A DNA stretch of 64,000 bases from Bacteroidota bacterium (GCA_022711405.1 JAKLFC010000010.1:70349-134348); one strand, 5' to 3'. Positions 46,735 through 56,410 are shown, counted from the stretch's first letter. Notes: a model not told the origin generated them from the letters alone. Program-made: numbers and translations.

Positions 46735-47217
46735 CTAAAAGATCAATGTTCCGGGAATTAACCTGAAAATCACCTGGAGCAATAGATTGGTATAAATACC
46801 GGCCAGGATATCATCGGCCATAACGCCCCATCCGCCCCTGAGGCTTTCGCATTTCCTGATTCCCAGAACTTTTGTGATATCAAAGAAACGAAATAGTCCA
46901 AATCCTGTGATGAGAGGCAACCAGCCTTTCGGTACTGCGATTAAGCTGATCCACATCCCGACAAATTCATCAATTACGACCCGGGGAGGATCCTTTCCCC
47001 ATTCTGCTTCAACCTTAGTGCATCCAATGGCGCCTGCAATGGTGCATATCAGCGCCAGGGCAGTTAACATTAAGACAGGGAACCGGGTATAATGCCCGAG
47101 TAATAAGGCAGGGACCAATGCACCGATAGCGCCCATGGTACCGGGAGCAAAGGGGCTGTATCCCAATCCAAATCCGGTAACAAATAACTTCCAGGCCGGC
47201 AGATTATTCTTCTTCAT
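46735..47217 (-). CDS. PgpA-family phosphatase (phosphatidylinositol-phosphate phosphatase-like)
   Basis: 160 aa with GFGLGYSPFAPGTMGA and DDILAGIY motifs of phosphatidylglycerophosphatase A. Confidence 0.8.
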   Translation of the reverse strand: MKKNNLPAWKLFVTGFGLGYSPFAPGTMGAIGALVPALLLGHYTRFPVLMLTALALICTIAGAIGCTKVEAEWGKDPPRVVIDEFVGMWISLIAVPKGWLPLITGFGLFRFFDITKVLGIRKCESLRGGWGVMADDILAGIYTNLLLQVIFRLIPGTLIF

Positions 47218-48517
47218 AATAATCGAGACCCAGGTGCGTGATCAGGTTTTCGCCCTGAAGGTGACGCAGCGTATTCTCGAGTTTCATCAGTTGCCGGAAC
47301 AGGTCATGTATCGGTGCCAGGCCCGGCGCTGACTGTGGGGATTTGAAAAAGAAAGATAGCCATTCCTGAATGCCATACATCCCTGCGCGTTTTGCAAGGT
47401 CCAGGAGCAGCGCCAGGTCAAGGACGATGGGTGCAGCCAGGATGGAGTCGCGACAAAGGAAGTTGATTTTGATTTGCATCCTGTATCCAAGCCATCCGAA
47501 GATGTCGATGTTATCCCAGCTTTCCTTGTTGTCGCCCCGGGGCGGATAATAATTAATGCGGATTTTGTGATAAATAGAACTATAAAGATCAGGGTTCAGT
47601 TCCGGTTCAAAAATGTTGCTCAGGCTGCCGAGTTTTGAAACTTCTTTGGTTTTGAAACTTTCGGGATCATCGAGCACCTCACCGTCACGGTTTCCCAGAA
47701 TATTGGTCGAAAACCATCCATCCACGCCAAGGTTACGTGCTTTCAGGCCCGGGGCGATAACTGTTTTAAGGAGGGTTTGACCTGTTTTGAAATCTTTTCC
47801 GCCAATAGGAGTTCTGGTTTGTTTTGCCAGTTCAACCAAGGCAGGATAATCGCACGAAAGGTTAGGTGCGCCATTAGCGTACGGGATTCCCGATTTAACG
47901 GCAGCATAGGCATATATCATGCTGGGGGCAATATCGGGATGATTGTTGCGTAAACCCTCTTCCAAAGCAGCGAGAGATTGATGCACTTCCTTTTCCTGCA
48001 TGTAAACTTCAGTAGAAGCACACCAGACCATCACCAGTCTTGAACAGTTGTTCTTTCGTTTGAACTGCTCAATATCTTCGATCAATGCTTCAGCAAGGTC
48101 CATTTTGGTTGGAGCTGATTTTACATTTGTCCCGTTTAGGTTATGAACAAATTTTCTGTCAAAAACAGCTTTCATCGGAACAATAGCTGACAATTCAGGT
48201 TTAAGTTTGTCCAGCAGTTGTCGGTCGATGACGCCCGCGTTGCATGCTGCCTCATACGCATTGTCCTCAAAAATATCCCATCCGCCGAAAACAATATCAT
48301 TTATATCGGCGAGTGGAACAAAATCCTTGATTTTTGGAATACGGTTTTCGGTCCGTTTTCCAAGCCTGATAGATCCCATTTGGGTGTATGAGCCTATTGG
48401 TAACCCGATCCCCTTTTTTACGGCGAAGACACCCGAGATCATCGTCGTAGCAACAGCCCCCAGGCCAGGTAGTAAAATCCCCAGTTTTCCCTGAGGTTCT
48501 TCAATTTGGAATTCCAT
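47204..48517 (-). CDS. myo-Inositol-1-phosphate synthase
   Basis: 437 aa with GLGAVATT (NAD-binding), ...NGAPN... and the SILAAPIVLDL region typical of MIPS. Confidence 0.9.
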   Translation of the reverse strand: MEFQIEEPQGKLGILLPGLGAVATTMISGVFAVKKGIGLPIGSYTQMGSIRLGKRTENRIPKIKDFVPLADINDIVFGGWDIFEDNAYEAACNAGVIDRQLLDKLKPELSAIVPMKAVFDRKFVHNLNGTNVKSAPTKMDLAEALIEDIEQFKRKNNCSRLVMVWCASTEVYMQEKEVHQSLAALEEGLRNNHPDIAPSMIYAYAAVKSGIPYANGAPNLSCDYPALVELAKQTRTPIGGKDFKTGQTLLKTVIAPGLKARNLGVDGWFSTNILGNRDGEVLDDPESFKTKEVSKLGSLSNIFEPELNPDLYSSIYHKIRINYYPPRGDNKESWDNIDIFGWLGYRMQIKINFLCRDSILAAPIVLDLALLLDLAKRAGMYGIQEWLSFFFKSPQSAPGLAPIHDLFRQLMKLENTLRHLQGENLITHLGLDYYEEE

Positions 48518-48880
48518 TATAATTAAAGTTTAATTTTTTCATATCATTGGTATAGCAAAGTTATTGTAATAATTTACACCACCCCCGGATAAAATAATGA
48601 TTATTTTTTCCGGTGTGATGTGGATGGCAAAGTTACCCGAAAGGTTCCCCATCAGTTCCTGCACTCTGACTTTCACCTGCCTGTGAACCTTTAACGTCCT
48701 TGCCCGCATCGGGAGTGATTTCGTATACGTACTGAATCCCTTGAATGATTTTGTTGCGATAAAAGGATTTCATATAATGCCTAAGAAGTGAAAAGTTACG
48801 GCTGTTAACTATTTTTTTATGTATATTTAAAGGATTTTTCTGTTAAAGTCCAATTATGTACTTCTCTAAATCTTCTCTCC

Positions 48881-49990
48881 ATGAAACGAGTTGCCTTTTT
48901 ATTGAAAACAGGTTCACTTCTCCTGGCTGCAATGCTATTCATAGCGACTCCTGGTTGCAAAGATGACGATGAACCGGATGATAATAATAACAACACAAAA
49001 GAGCCCGAATGGAAATATGACACGCAGGAGATTCCGTACGGATCCATACCATGGGTTTCAGGAGGTCTTCTGGTGGTTTGCAGCAAGCAGAAAAATTTGG
49101 ATCTTGGAACCGTTCATTGCCTGAACTCCGCCACAGGGGCACTTTTCTGGAAAACGACGGATTCAACCGTCACCCGGACCAGCCCTGTCGTTTACGATGA
49201 TTATGTCATTTATGGCGGAATAAATGTCCACGCCCTGAATATACACGATGGCGGCAATGAATGGGACTACCAGGATGAGATCCTGAAAGTTGCCGTTTAT
49301 TCCTCACCTCTCCTTCATGACGGGTATGTCTATTTTGGTTCGACCCAGAGCATGATCAAGCTCGACGCAACCACAGGGGGGAGGTCATGGAAGAACGACG
49401 ATCAGCAGTTCTTCAATGCGGGATTGCCAGCGCCGGTATTTTCTGACGGTAAGATCTATTACGCGACGCTGTCTGGTTTTGTCTTCCAGCTGGATGCCGG
49501 TACAGGGACGATCGGGTGGCCGCTTGAGTTTGAAAATGGCCTTGACAATGCCCCGGTCGTCACCCCCAATACCATTCTGGTCGGTGTTCATGAAGCTGAT
49601 CCGGGCGAAAATTCACTTTTTTGCTATCAGCTTGACGGCTCCACCCTCAACTGGTCGCAAAAGATCGGACAGGTTCTCTGCAATATGACCCTGAATGCCG
49701 ATAAACTGTACGTGGTTGGCAATACCATGCTGTTTTGTCTTTCATCAGGGGATGGCAGTGAGATGTGGCATTACGAGATGTCGGCAGGATCCAATGGCGC
49801 ACCGGCGGTTACAGGAGGCAACGTTTATGTGGGCAACGGGAATGGACTCCTGTGCCTGGATGCTACCACCGGGAGTGTGAAATGGAGGTATGCCACCCCT
49901 GACAAGAATGGCTTTGGCGGTCCGGTGGTGAGCGGTACAAAGGTGTATGTCTCCTGTGAGGACGGATATGTCTACTGCTTTCCGTTATGA
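48881..49990 (+). CDS. PQQ-like (BamB-type) beta-propeller repeat lipoprotein
   Basis: 369 aa with a lipobox (ATPGC) and repeated G.LY/G.VY..G......L.A..TG...W blades. Confidence 0.75.
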   Translation: MKRVAFLLKTGSLLLAAMLFIATPGCKDDDEPDDNNNNTKEPEWKYDTQEIPYGSIPWVSGGLLVVCSKQKNLDLGTVHCLNSATGALFWKTTDSTVTRTSPVVYDDYVIYGGINVHALNIHDGGNEWDYQDEILKVAVYSSPLLHDGYVYFGSTQSMIKLDATTGGRSWKNDDQQFFNAGLPAPVFSDGKIYYATLSGFVFQLDAGTGTIGWPLEFENGLDNAPVVTPNTILVGVHEADPGENSLFCYQLDGSTLNWSQKIGQVLCNMTLNADKLYVVGNTMLFCLSSGDGSEMWHYEMSAGSNGAPAVTGGNVYVGNGNGLLCLDATTGSVKWRYATPDKNGFGGPVVSGTKVYVSCEDGYVYCFPL

Positions 49991-50068
49991 TCCGATCGGC
50001 CAGCCCCGGCATGTTCCCCTGACCGTGCCTTTATCAGTATTCCTTCACAGAATGAATGACCGGCTGCG

Positions 50069-50587
50069 ATGAAAGTGCTTCTGGTGATCGATATGCTCAA
50101 TGGTTTCTGCAGGAAAGGATATCCACTTTCATTACCCGATCCGACCGACAGGATCGAGAAATATATTGCTTCCCGCATTGAGCAGACCTTCAGTGAAAGA
50201 GGGAAGGTTATTTTTCTGTGTGACAATCACTTACCGACCGATCCTGAAATAAACAATCCCTATCCGCCCCACTGCATGCGGGGAACAAAGGAAGCAGAGA
50301 TCATCGATACGTTGAAACCTTATTCTGAAAAAGCGATCATCCTGCCCAAGCACACCCTGAGCATTTTTCTGAATACCGGACTGGATAAGCTGTTGAAGAA
50401 ATTCAAACCCGAAGAAGTAGAGGTGACAGGCGTATGCACCGATATTGTCGACCTGTTTGCTGTTTATGAGCTCAGGATCCGGGGTTATGACGTTTTCATC
50501 ACCGACGAGGGCGTGCTTCCCCTTGATTCAGGCAGGCAATCCAAAGAGCTCGAGTTCTTTAAATTGCGACTTGGCGCAACAACCTGA
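50069..50587 (+). CDS. Isochorismatase-family cysteine hydrolase (nicotinamidase-like), copy 1
   Basis: 172 aa with VIDMLNGF (Asp), LPKHTLS (Lys) and GVCTD (Cys). Confidence 0.8.
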   Translation: MKVLLVIDMLNGFCRKGYPLSLPDPTDRIEKYIASRIEQTFSERGKVIFLCDNHLPTDPEINNPYPPHCMRGTKEAEIIDTLKPYSEKAIILPKHTLSIFLNTGLDKLLKKFKPEEVEVTGVCTDIVDLFAVYELRIRGYDVFITDEGVLPLDSGRQSKELEFFKLRLGATT

Positions 50588-50591
50588 ACCT

Positions 50592-51113
50592 ATGAATGTC
50601 CTGATCATCATCGACATGCTGAACGGTTTCTGCCGCCCTGGTCATACCCTCTCATTACCGGTATCCACGGCGGAAATAGAAAAATATGCCGCTCAGCGGA
50701 TCGGGCAGGTCTTTGCAGAAGGCGGCAGGGTCATTTTCATCGGCGACAGCCATTCCCTGTCCGATCCCGAGATCGGCCATCCCTACAAGCCTCATTGCCT
50801 GGAGGGAACCGAGGAAGCTGAAATCGTGGATACACTGAAGCCCCTGGCGGAGAGATCCATCGTCCTGATGAAGAACACCCTGAGCATTTTCCTGAATACC
50901 GGCCTTGATAAACTGTTAAAGAAACTCAAACCAGCAGAGGTGGAGGTGATCGGTGTCTGCACCGATCTGAGCGATCTGTTTGCCCTTTTCGAACTGAAGA
51001 TCCGGGGTTATAACGTTTTTATTTCCCCCGAAGGCGTCTTATCCCTTGAGCCCGGAAAACAACGGGAGGATCTGGAGTATTTCAAAAACCGGCTTGGAGC
51101 CAGGACCATTTAA
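50592..51113 (+). CDS. Isochorismatase-family cysteine hydrolase (nicotinamidase-like), copy 2 (tandem paralogue)
   Basis: Start chosen at MNVLIIIDMLNGF (ATG 50592). It is collinear with copy 1 over its full length and shares long identical blocks (TLSIFLNTGLDKLLKK, EVEV.GVCTD). Confidence 0.8.
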   Translation: MNVLIIIDMLNGFCRPGHTLSLPVSTAEIEKYAAQRIGQVFAEGGRVIFIGDSHSLSDPEIGHPYKPHCLEGTEEAEIVDTLKPLAERSIVLMKNTLSIFLNTGLDKLLKKLKPAEVEVIGVCTDLSDLFALFELKIRGYNVFISPEGVLSLEPGKQREDLEYFKNRLGARTI

Positions 51114-51301
51114 GGTCAAAACCTGAGGATCCCGGGATATCCTCTCCGACGATCATTAAACCAACCCATACGTTCGTTTGATCCTTTCCCACGCTGGCCA
51201 AAATAAGTCATTCATGGCACAGTGGTGGCTTATATTTACTGCCTGGAATTTGGATTTTGGAATTTGTTTCCTGGAATTTGGAATTTTAAAATTTTATAGT
51301 C

Positions 51302-53350
51302 ATGAAAAAACTATTCTCCTTCACGTTCAGCTGCCTGATCGCAGCAACCCTGCAGGCCCAGGTCATCCATGTGCCTGCCGATTACCCCACGATCCAGCAG
51401 GGTATCGATGCCGCAAACCCGGGCGATACGGTTTTGGTGTCCGACGGGACCTATTACGAACAGATCAGCTTCCTGGGCAAGTCGCCGCTGATGGTGGCCA
51501 GCGAGTTCATTATGGATGCCGATGAGAGCCATATCGCCGGCACGGTCATCGACGGGAGCCAGTTGACCGATATGGACAGCGCTTCGGTGGTGTATTTCAT
51601 TTCCGGGGAGGATACCACTTCGATCCTGTGTGGTTTCACCGTCCAAAATGGACACGGGACCTATTCTCTGCTAAATATTGAAGCGAGTCGCGGTTTCACC
51701 ATAAAAAATGGTCATGGAACCCATTCTCCGGAAAATCTTGAGGCGGGTTTTGGTTTCACCTTTGGGAATAGTCGTGGAACCCATTCGCGGGAAACTCTTG
51801 ATCTCAGAAATGGAGGCGGGATCTTCATTTCCGGTGCAAGTGCCAAAATCCTTCACAACAGGATCACGCACAATAGCCTTGATTTAACGCAACCGGTGAA
51901 TGGATCGTATGCAGGAGGTGGCGGAATCGGAACACCATGGGAAGAAAGCGACCATTGGCTTATCATGGAGGATAATACGATCGACAGCAATTCCTGCGTC
52001 TCCGATGTCAATCCCGGTCAGGCATATGGAGGAGGTGTTGCCACCACATGCAATTCCAGGATTGTCAATAATATCATTACTTATAATTCCTGTAACGGAT
52101 ATTCCGGTGCTGTCGCTACCTCCGGCGGAATAGATTGTGGCCAGGACCCCACCTGGACAACCCCTGTTGTCATGATGGTCGGGTATAATACGATTTCATA
52201 TAATACGACACAATCACAGGGCAACTGGGCAAATTCGGCTGGTGTCCAGGGTGAAGGCGTACCGTTAATATTTTCACATAATGAAGTGGATTTTAATACT
52301 GCAAATTCAGGGGCGACCGTCGGCGGGGTTGGGGGACTTTTATTATATGACCCTGACCCGGGAAGCGTGGTCAGCAATAATGTGTTTAAAGGGAATGGAA
52401 CTAATGTGTATTCCGGAGGATTGGGCCTGGAAAATTCGATGACGGCTGATAATACCGTTCTTGTTGAAAACAACTACTTTATTGATAATGAGGCGAAACA
52501 TGGTGGCGCTGTTTGCGCTTTTTCTATTCCTGTAGTTCTGCAAAACAACGTTTTCAGTGGTAATCAGGCAGGGCTCCATGGTGGAGGGATCTATTTCAGT
52601 GATCAACTTGCCTTACTCTCTCCATCCATTCTGGCCAACAATAGTTTTTCAGGAAATATGGCTAACAATCTGGGAGGTGCCATTGCTATTTTTTCATCTG
52701 TCTGGTCGGAGATGGTGATCATGAATTCAATTTTCCGGGCAGACGGCGCAACGACTGGTGCCGAGATTCATGGCTCCGGAGAAATTCCCGTTGAACTGGC
52801 CCACTGCAACATTGATCCTGCTAAAATCTGGGGTACCTGGACCGATGGGGGCGGGAACATCAATGAAGATCCGCTTTTCAGGGATCCGGTATACCTGATC
52901 CCTGAAGACTGGAACAGTCCCTGTGTGGATGCCGGAATAGCTGAATATACCAGCAGTACGGGGATCCTATGCAGTGCTCCTGCTTATGATATTCTGGATA
53001 CCCCGCGGCCGAACGGAGAGGGCTATGATATGGGAGCCTACGATCAGGTGCAATATGTCGGGGTGAAGGATCATCCGGTCAGCGGTCAGCAGCTGGCGGT
53101 CAGTGTGTATCCGAATCCGGCCGGTGGAACAGTCGATTTTCGGTTGTCGATGACCGATGGCCAGAATATGACCTTGAAGATCTATGATCTGCAGGGCAGG
53201 GTAGTGGCGGTGGTGCTGGATAAAAGCCTGCCTGCCGGGGAATACCTGGTGCCGTTCGATGTTTCGGGGCTGGAGGCGGGGATCTATTTTTATCAGTTGG
53301 CGGTCGGCGGTAAGCGGTCGGCGGTCAACGGTAAGCTGGTGAAGCTTTAG
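51302..53350 (+). CDS. Secreted right-handed beta-helix (pectate-lyase-fold-like) protein with T9SS C-terminal sorting domain
   Basis: 682 aa with a signal peptide and many GGG(I/A) ... N.F..N parallel beta-helix turns. The C-terminus is VYPNPAGGTVDF...AGIYFYQL. Confidence 0.75.
   Translation: MKKLFSFTFSCLIAATLQAQVIHVPADYPTIQQGIDAANPGDTVLVSDGTYYEQISFLGKSPLMVASEFIMDADESHIAGTVIDGSQLTDMDSASVVYFISGEDTTSILCGFTVQNGHGTYSLLNIEASRGFTIKNGHGTHSPENLEAGFGFTFGNSRGTHSRETLDLRNGGGIFISGASAKILHNRITHNSLDLTQPVNGSYAGGGGIGTPWEESDHWLIMEDNTIDSNSCVSDVNPGQAYGGGVATTCNSRIVNNIITYNSCNGYSGAVATSGGIDCGQDPTWTTPVVMMVGYNTISYNTTQSQGNWANSAGVQGEGVPLIFSHNEVDFNTANSGATVGGVGGLLLYDPDPGSVVSNNVFKGNGTNVYSGGLGLENSMTADNTVLVENNYFIDNEAKHGGAVCAFSIPVVLQNNVFSGNQAGLHGGGIYFSDQLALLSPSILANNSFSGNMANNLGGAIAIFSSVWSEMVIMNSIFRADGATTGAEIHGSGEIPVELAHCNIDPAKIWGTWTDGGGNINEDPLFRDPVYLIPEDWNSPCVDAGIAEYTSSTGILCSAPAYDILDTPRPNGEGYDMGAYDQVQYVGVKDHPVSGQQLAVSVYPNPAGGTVDFRLSMTDGQNMTLKIYDLQGRVVAVVLDKSLPAGEYLVPFDVSGLEAGIYFYQLAVGGKRSAVNGKLVKL
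51632..51811 (+). repeat. 3 x 60-bp in-frame tandem repeat inside the beta-helix gene
   Basis: The units start with GGTTTCACC at 51632, 51692 and 51752. They encode three 20-aa units: GFTVQNGHGTYSLLNIEASR, GFTIKNGHGTHSPENLEAGF and GFTFGNSRGTHSRETLDLRN. Confidence 0.85.
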
Positions 53351-53368
53351 ACAATTTGACAAATTTTC

Positions 53369-54166
53369 TTGTATTTTGCTATGGACTTCACTACTTTTGA
53401 GGGAAACAATACCGAGCAGTTGATCCGGACGATCATTATCGACGACGAGTTGCATGCGCGTGAGACCCTCGCCAGGCTGGTATCACTGTATTGTCCGCAG
53501 GTCAGGATTGCAGGGGAAGCCGACGGTGTGGCCAGCGGATTGAAGATGATCCGTGAGCATCGCCCGCAGCTCGTCCTGCTGGATATCAAAATGGATGACG
53601 GAACCGGATTTGACCTTCTCCGCCTTTGCGATCCCCTCGATTTCAGGGTCATCTTCATCACTGCTTATGAGAAATATGCGGTCCAGGCGTTCCGGTTCGC
53701 AGCAGTGGATTTCCTGCTCAAACCGGTCAATCCCGAGGAACTGGCCGAAGCGGTGAAGCACGCGGAGACCCTCATCCAGGAGCACTTTGTCACCCAGCTC
53801 CAGGCGCTGGAGGAGAACCTGCGGACCGACCTCCGGCAGAAAAAGAAGATCGTGCTGCGGACGATGGACAGCATCCACCTTGTGGAGGTGCAACAAATCA
53901 CCTATTGCGAGTCGGACAGGGCCTACACCCTGGTCCACACGACTGACGGTGAAAAGATACTGATCTCCAAAACACTCCGTGAATTCGATGATATGCTTGC
54001 TGACAGCGGCTTTTACCGTGTCCATAAATCGTACCTGATCAACCTGTCGCATATCAGCCGCTTCGATAAGAAGGAGGGAGGGTATATCATGCTGAACGGC
54101 GGCGACAAGGTGCCGGTTTCGTTCCGGAAAAGGGAGGAATTGCTGGAGATGTTTGAGAAACTATGA
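53369..54166 (+). CDS. LytTR-family response regulator
   Basis: Receiver domain (IIIDDE...LLDIKMDDGTG...FITAY) plus a C-terminal LytTR DNA-binding domain (FYRVHKSYLINLSHI). Confidence 0.85.
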   Translation: MYFAMDFTTFEGNNTEQLIRTIIIDDELHARETLARLVSLYCPQVRIAGEADGVASGLKMIREHRPQLVLLDIKMDDGTGFDLLRLCDPLDFRVIFITAYEKYAVQAFRFAAVDFLLKPVNPEELAEAVKHAETLIQEHFVTQLQALEENLRTDLRQKKKIVLRTMDSIHLVEVQQITYCESDRAYTLVHTTDGEKILISKTLREFDDMLADSGFYRVHKSYLINLSHISRFDKKEGGYIMLNGGDKVPVSFRKREELLEMFEKL

Positions 54167-54178
54167 GGTCGGTCGGCG

Positions 54179-54236
54179 GCCTGTCCTGATGAGCCCCGAC
54201 TTTCGTCGGGATAAACTTCGCGAAATCAGGATCAGC
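54179..54236 (+). repeat. 58-nt structured repeat, copy B, between the response-regulator and kinase genes
   Basis: GCCTGTCCTGATGAG-cCCCGACtttcGTCGGG-ATAAACTTCGCGAAATCAGGATCAGC. See copy A at 28599-28655. Confidence 0.8.
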
Positions 54237-54328
54237 AGTCAATAGTCAACAGTCAGCAGTGTGTGCTGTAGAAAGCAGTGACGAAGGATCGGCATTCAGT
54301 AAACATTTAACAGTTCAGCCAGTTTACA

Positions 54329-56410
54329 ATGAACCGGGTATTGCTCATATTCCTTTCATGCTTGCTTAGCGGTATCTCTGACGGCCAGATCCAGAACCAT
54401 ACACGCCAGGAGGTCGTCGACAGCCTGTTCGTCTTGCTTCCGGATGTAAGCGGCACGCAGAGGGTGGATGTCCTCAACGGGCTGTCGATGGAACTTGCCC
54501 CGCGAAACTTCGATTCAAGTTTTCAATATGCGGGTGAAGCCCTTGCATTGTCCGAAAAACTGAACTATTTATTTGGTAAAGGCGTTGCTGTCTTTAATAC
54601 GGGCAACAGCCATTTTTTCAACAACGACATTAAAGACGCACTAACAAAATATCTTGAGGCCTGGAGGATCCTTGAACCATTCGAACCTGCCCGTGAAATT
54701 GGCGATCTGCTGTATCAGCTTGGCTCAATCAATGAATATGTCAGGAACACAAAAAAGGTTTTAAATTATTACAGCAGGGCGGCAAAGAATTACGGGGCCA
54801 TTGGCGATTCTGCCCGCCAGGTACTAACCTATATGACCCTTGGTGCCTCTTATTATTATAAATTCCAGGCCCTTTACGCGATTGACCCTATCCCGGAAGA
54901 AGAAGCACTGGCTATGATGGACAGCGCTATCAAGTTCAACAACGTAACAAGGGAATATTTTTTAATTCCACGGAAAGAATACCCGTGGGGAATCTCTGCA
55001 GAACATGTTTTATCCAATAACGACAATTATGATGGTTGCTATTACAGCGCTAAAGGTGATCATCAGGCTGCACGGGATCATTACCTGAGCATCTTGAAAA
55101 TAACCGAAAAGATGGCGGATACAAATTTCAGAAATGGCATGAATGGAGTGGCTTCCAGTAATTTAAGCTATGAATATTATTACTTTCTGGATAGCGAAGA
55201 TTCGGGTATGTATTACGTAAAAAAAGCAGAAGGTTTACTCAAAAATACTGACCGGTATGACCTTTATGCAGTGCCTTTATTAAATCTCGGAAATTTCTCC
55301 AGGGATCGCGGGCGGTATAAAGAGTCGGAAATGTACCTGATGAAGGCACTTAATGTCAGTGACACTTTCCTCTTAAAAGTAGGTGAAATCGACGAACCTG
55401 ACCCGAACTTCCGGCTCTGGGGTTTAACGCATATGCGGCATTTTCGGTTGGGGATACTCACATCACTGGTAGCACTTCATTCTGAGACCGGTGATTTTAA
55501 AAACGCTCTGTCTTACCAGAAAAAGCTGGAAGAAGAAAAGGAGCAGCAAACCAGGGATGAATTAACCCGGCAGATCATCGGCCTGGAAACGGATTACGAG
55601 GATGAACAGAAAAGGCAGGAGATCGCAGGAATGGCTCGTGACATTGAACTTCGGCAATTGAGACTCACCCAGGCCAGGATTCTGTTTGCCGGCATCGGGG
55701 GCTTTTTGCTCATTGCGTTTTTGATTTCTATGCTTTGGATTCAGCGCAGAAGATCCCGGTCCGACCGGAAAGCCATGGTCCTGGAGCAAAAGCTACTCCG
55801 CGCCCAGATGAACCCGCATTTCATTTTCAACTCGCTCTATAGCATCCAGAACTTCATTGTGACAGAAAAATCCGAAAAGGCCAGCATTTACCTTTCCAAA
55901 TTCGCCAGGCTGGTAAGGAACATCCTCGATAATTCCGCCGAAGAATTCGTTCCCCTGGAAAAGGAGATCAGCACCATCGAGAACTACCTCGAGCTGCAGC
56001 AGGTCAGGTTTCCCGGCAAGTTCGAATACAGGATCGATATCGCCGATGACATTGATCCGGAGATCCTGAAGATCCCGCCGATGCTGGCCCAGCCGTTCAT
56101 CGAGAACGCCATCGAGCACGGCATCCGTCACCGGGAGACGCCGGGGCACATCGGCATCCGCTTCAGCCTGAGGGATCATACGCTGATCTTCGAGGTGGAG
56201 GACGATGGCGTGGGCCGCCAGAAAGCAAGGGAGATCGAGGTAGTGATGAACCCGGAGCACCGGAGCATGGCCACTTCCCTCACCCGCGAGCGGCTGGCCA
56301 ACCTCAGCCGGAAACTGAAAACAAAGATTCCGCTGGAGATCATCGACCTGCAGAATGCCCTCGGACAGGCCAGCGGAACGATGGTAAGGTTCACCATACC
56401 CATATTCTGA
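54329..56410 (+). CDS. TPR-containing sensor histidine kinase (LytS/YehU His_kinase type)
   Basis: 693 aa with a signal peptide, TPR-like repeats and one TM helix. Downstream are LLRAQMNPHFIFNSL (His box) and an HATPase region (PPMLAQPFIENAIEHG). Confidence 0.8.
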   Translation: MNRVLLIFLSCLLSGISDGQIQNHTRQEVVDSLFVLLPDVSGTQRVDVLNGLSMELAPRNFDSSFQYAGEALALSEKLNYLFGKGVAVFNTGNSHFFNNDIKDALTKYLEAWRILEPFEPAREIGDLLYQLGSINEYVRNTKKVLNYYSRAAKNYGAIGDSARQVLTYMTLGASYYYKFQALYAIDPIPEEEALAMMDSAIKFNNVTREYFLIPRKEYPWGISAEHVLSNNDNYDGCYYSAKGDHQAARDHYLSILKITEKMADTNFRNGMNGVASSNLSYEYYYFLDSEDSGMYYVKKAEGLLKNTDRYDLYAVPLLNLGNFSRDRGRYKESEMYLMKALNVSDTFLLKVGEIDEPDPNFRLWGLTHMRHFRLGILTSLVALHSETGDFKNALSYQKKLEEEKEQQTRDELTRQIIGLETDYEDEQKRQEIAGMARDIELRQLRLTQARILFAGIGGFLLIAFLISMLWIQRRRSRSDRKAMVLEQKLLRAQMNPHFIFNSLYSIQNFIVTEKSEKASIYLSKFARLVRNILDNSAEEFVPLEKEISTIENYLELQQVRFPGKFEYRIDIADDIDPEILKIPPMLAQPFIENAIEHGIRHRETPGHIGIRFSLRDHTLIFEVEDDGVGRQKAREIEVVMNPEHRSMATSLTRERLANLSRKLKTKIPLEIIDLQNALGQASGTMVRFTIPIF

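Noticed and set aside
50445-50591. 5' extension of the second nicotinamidase-like ORF into the first copy
   Set aside because: It is out of frame with copy 1, and the paralogue alignment starts exactly at MNVLIIIDMLNGF (50592).
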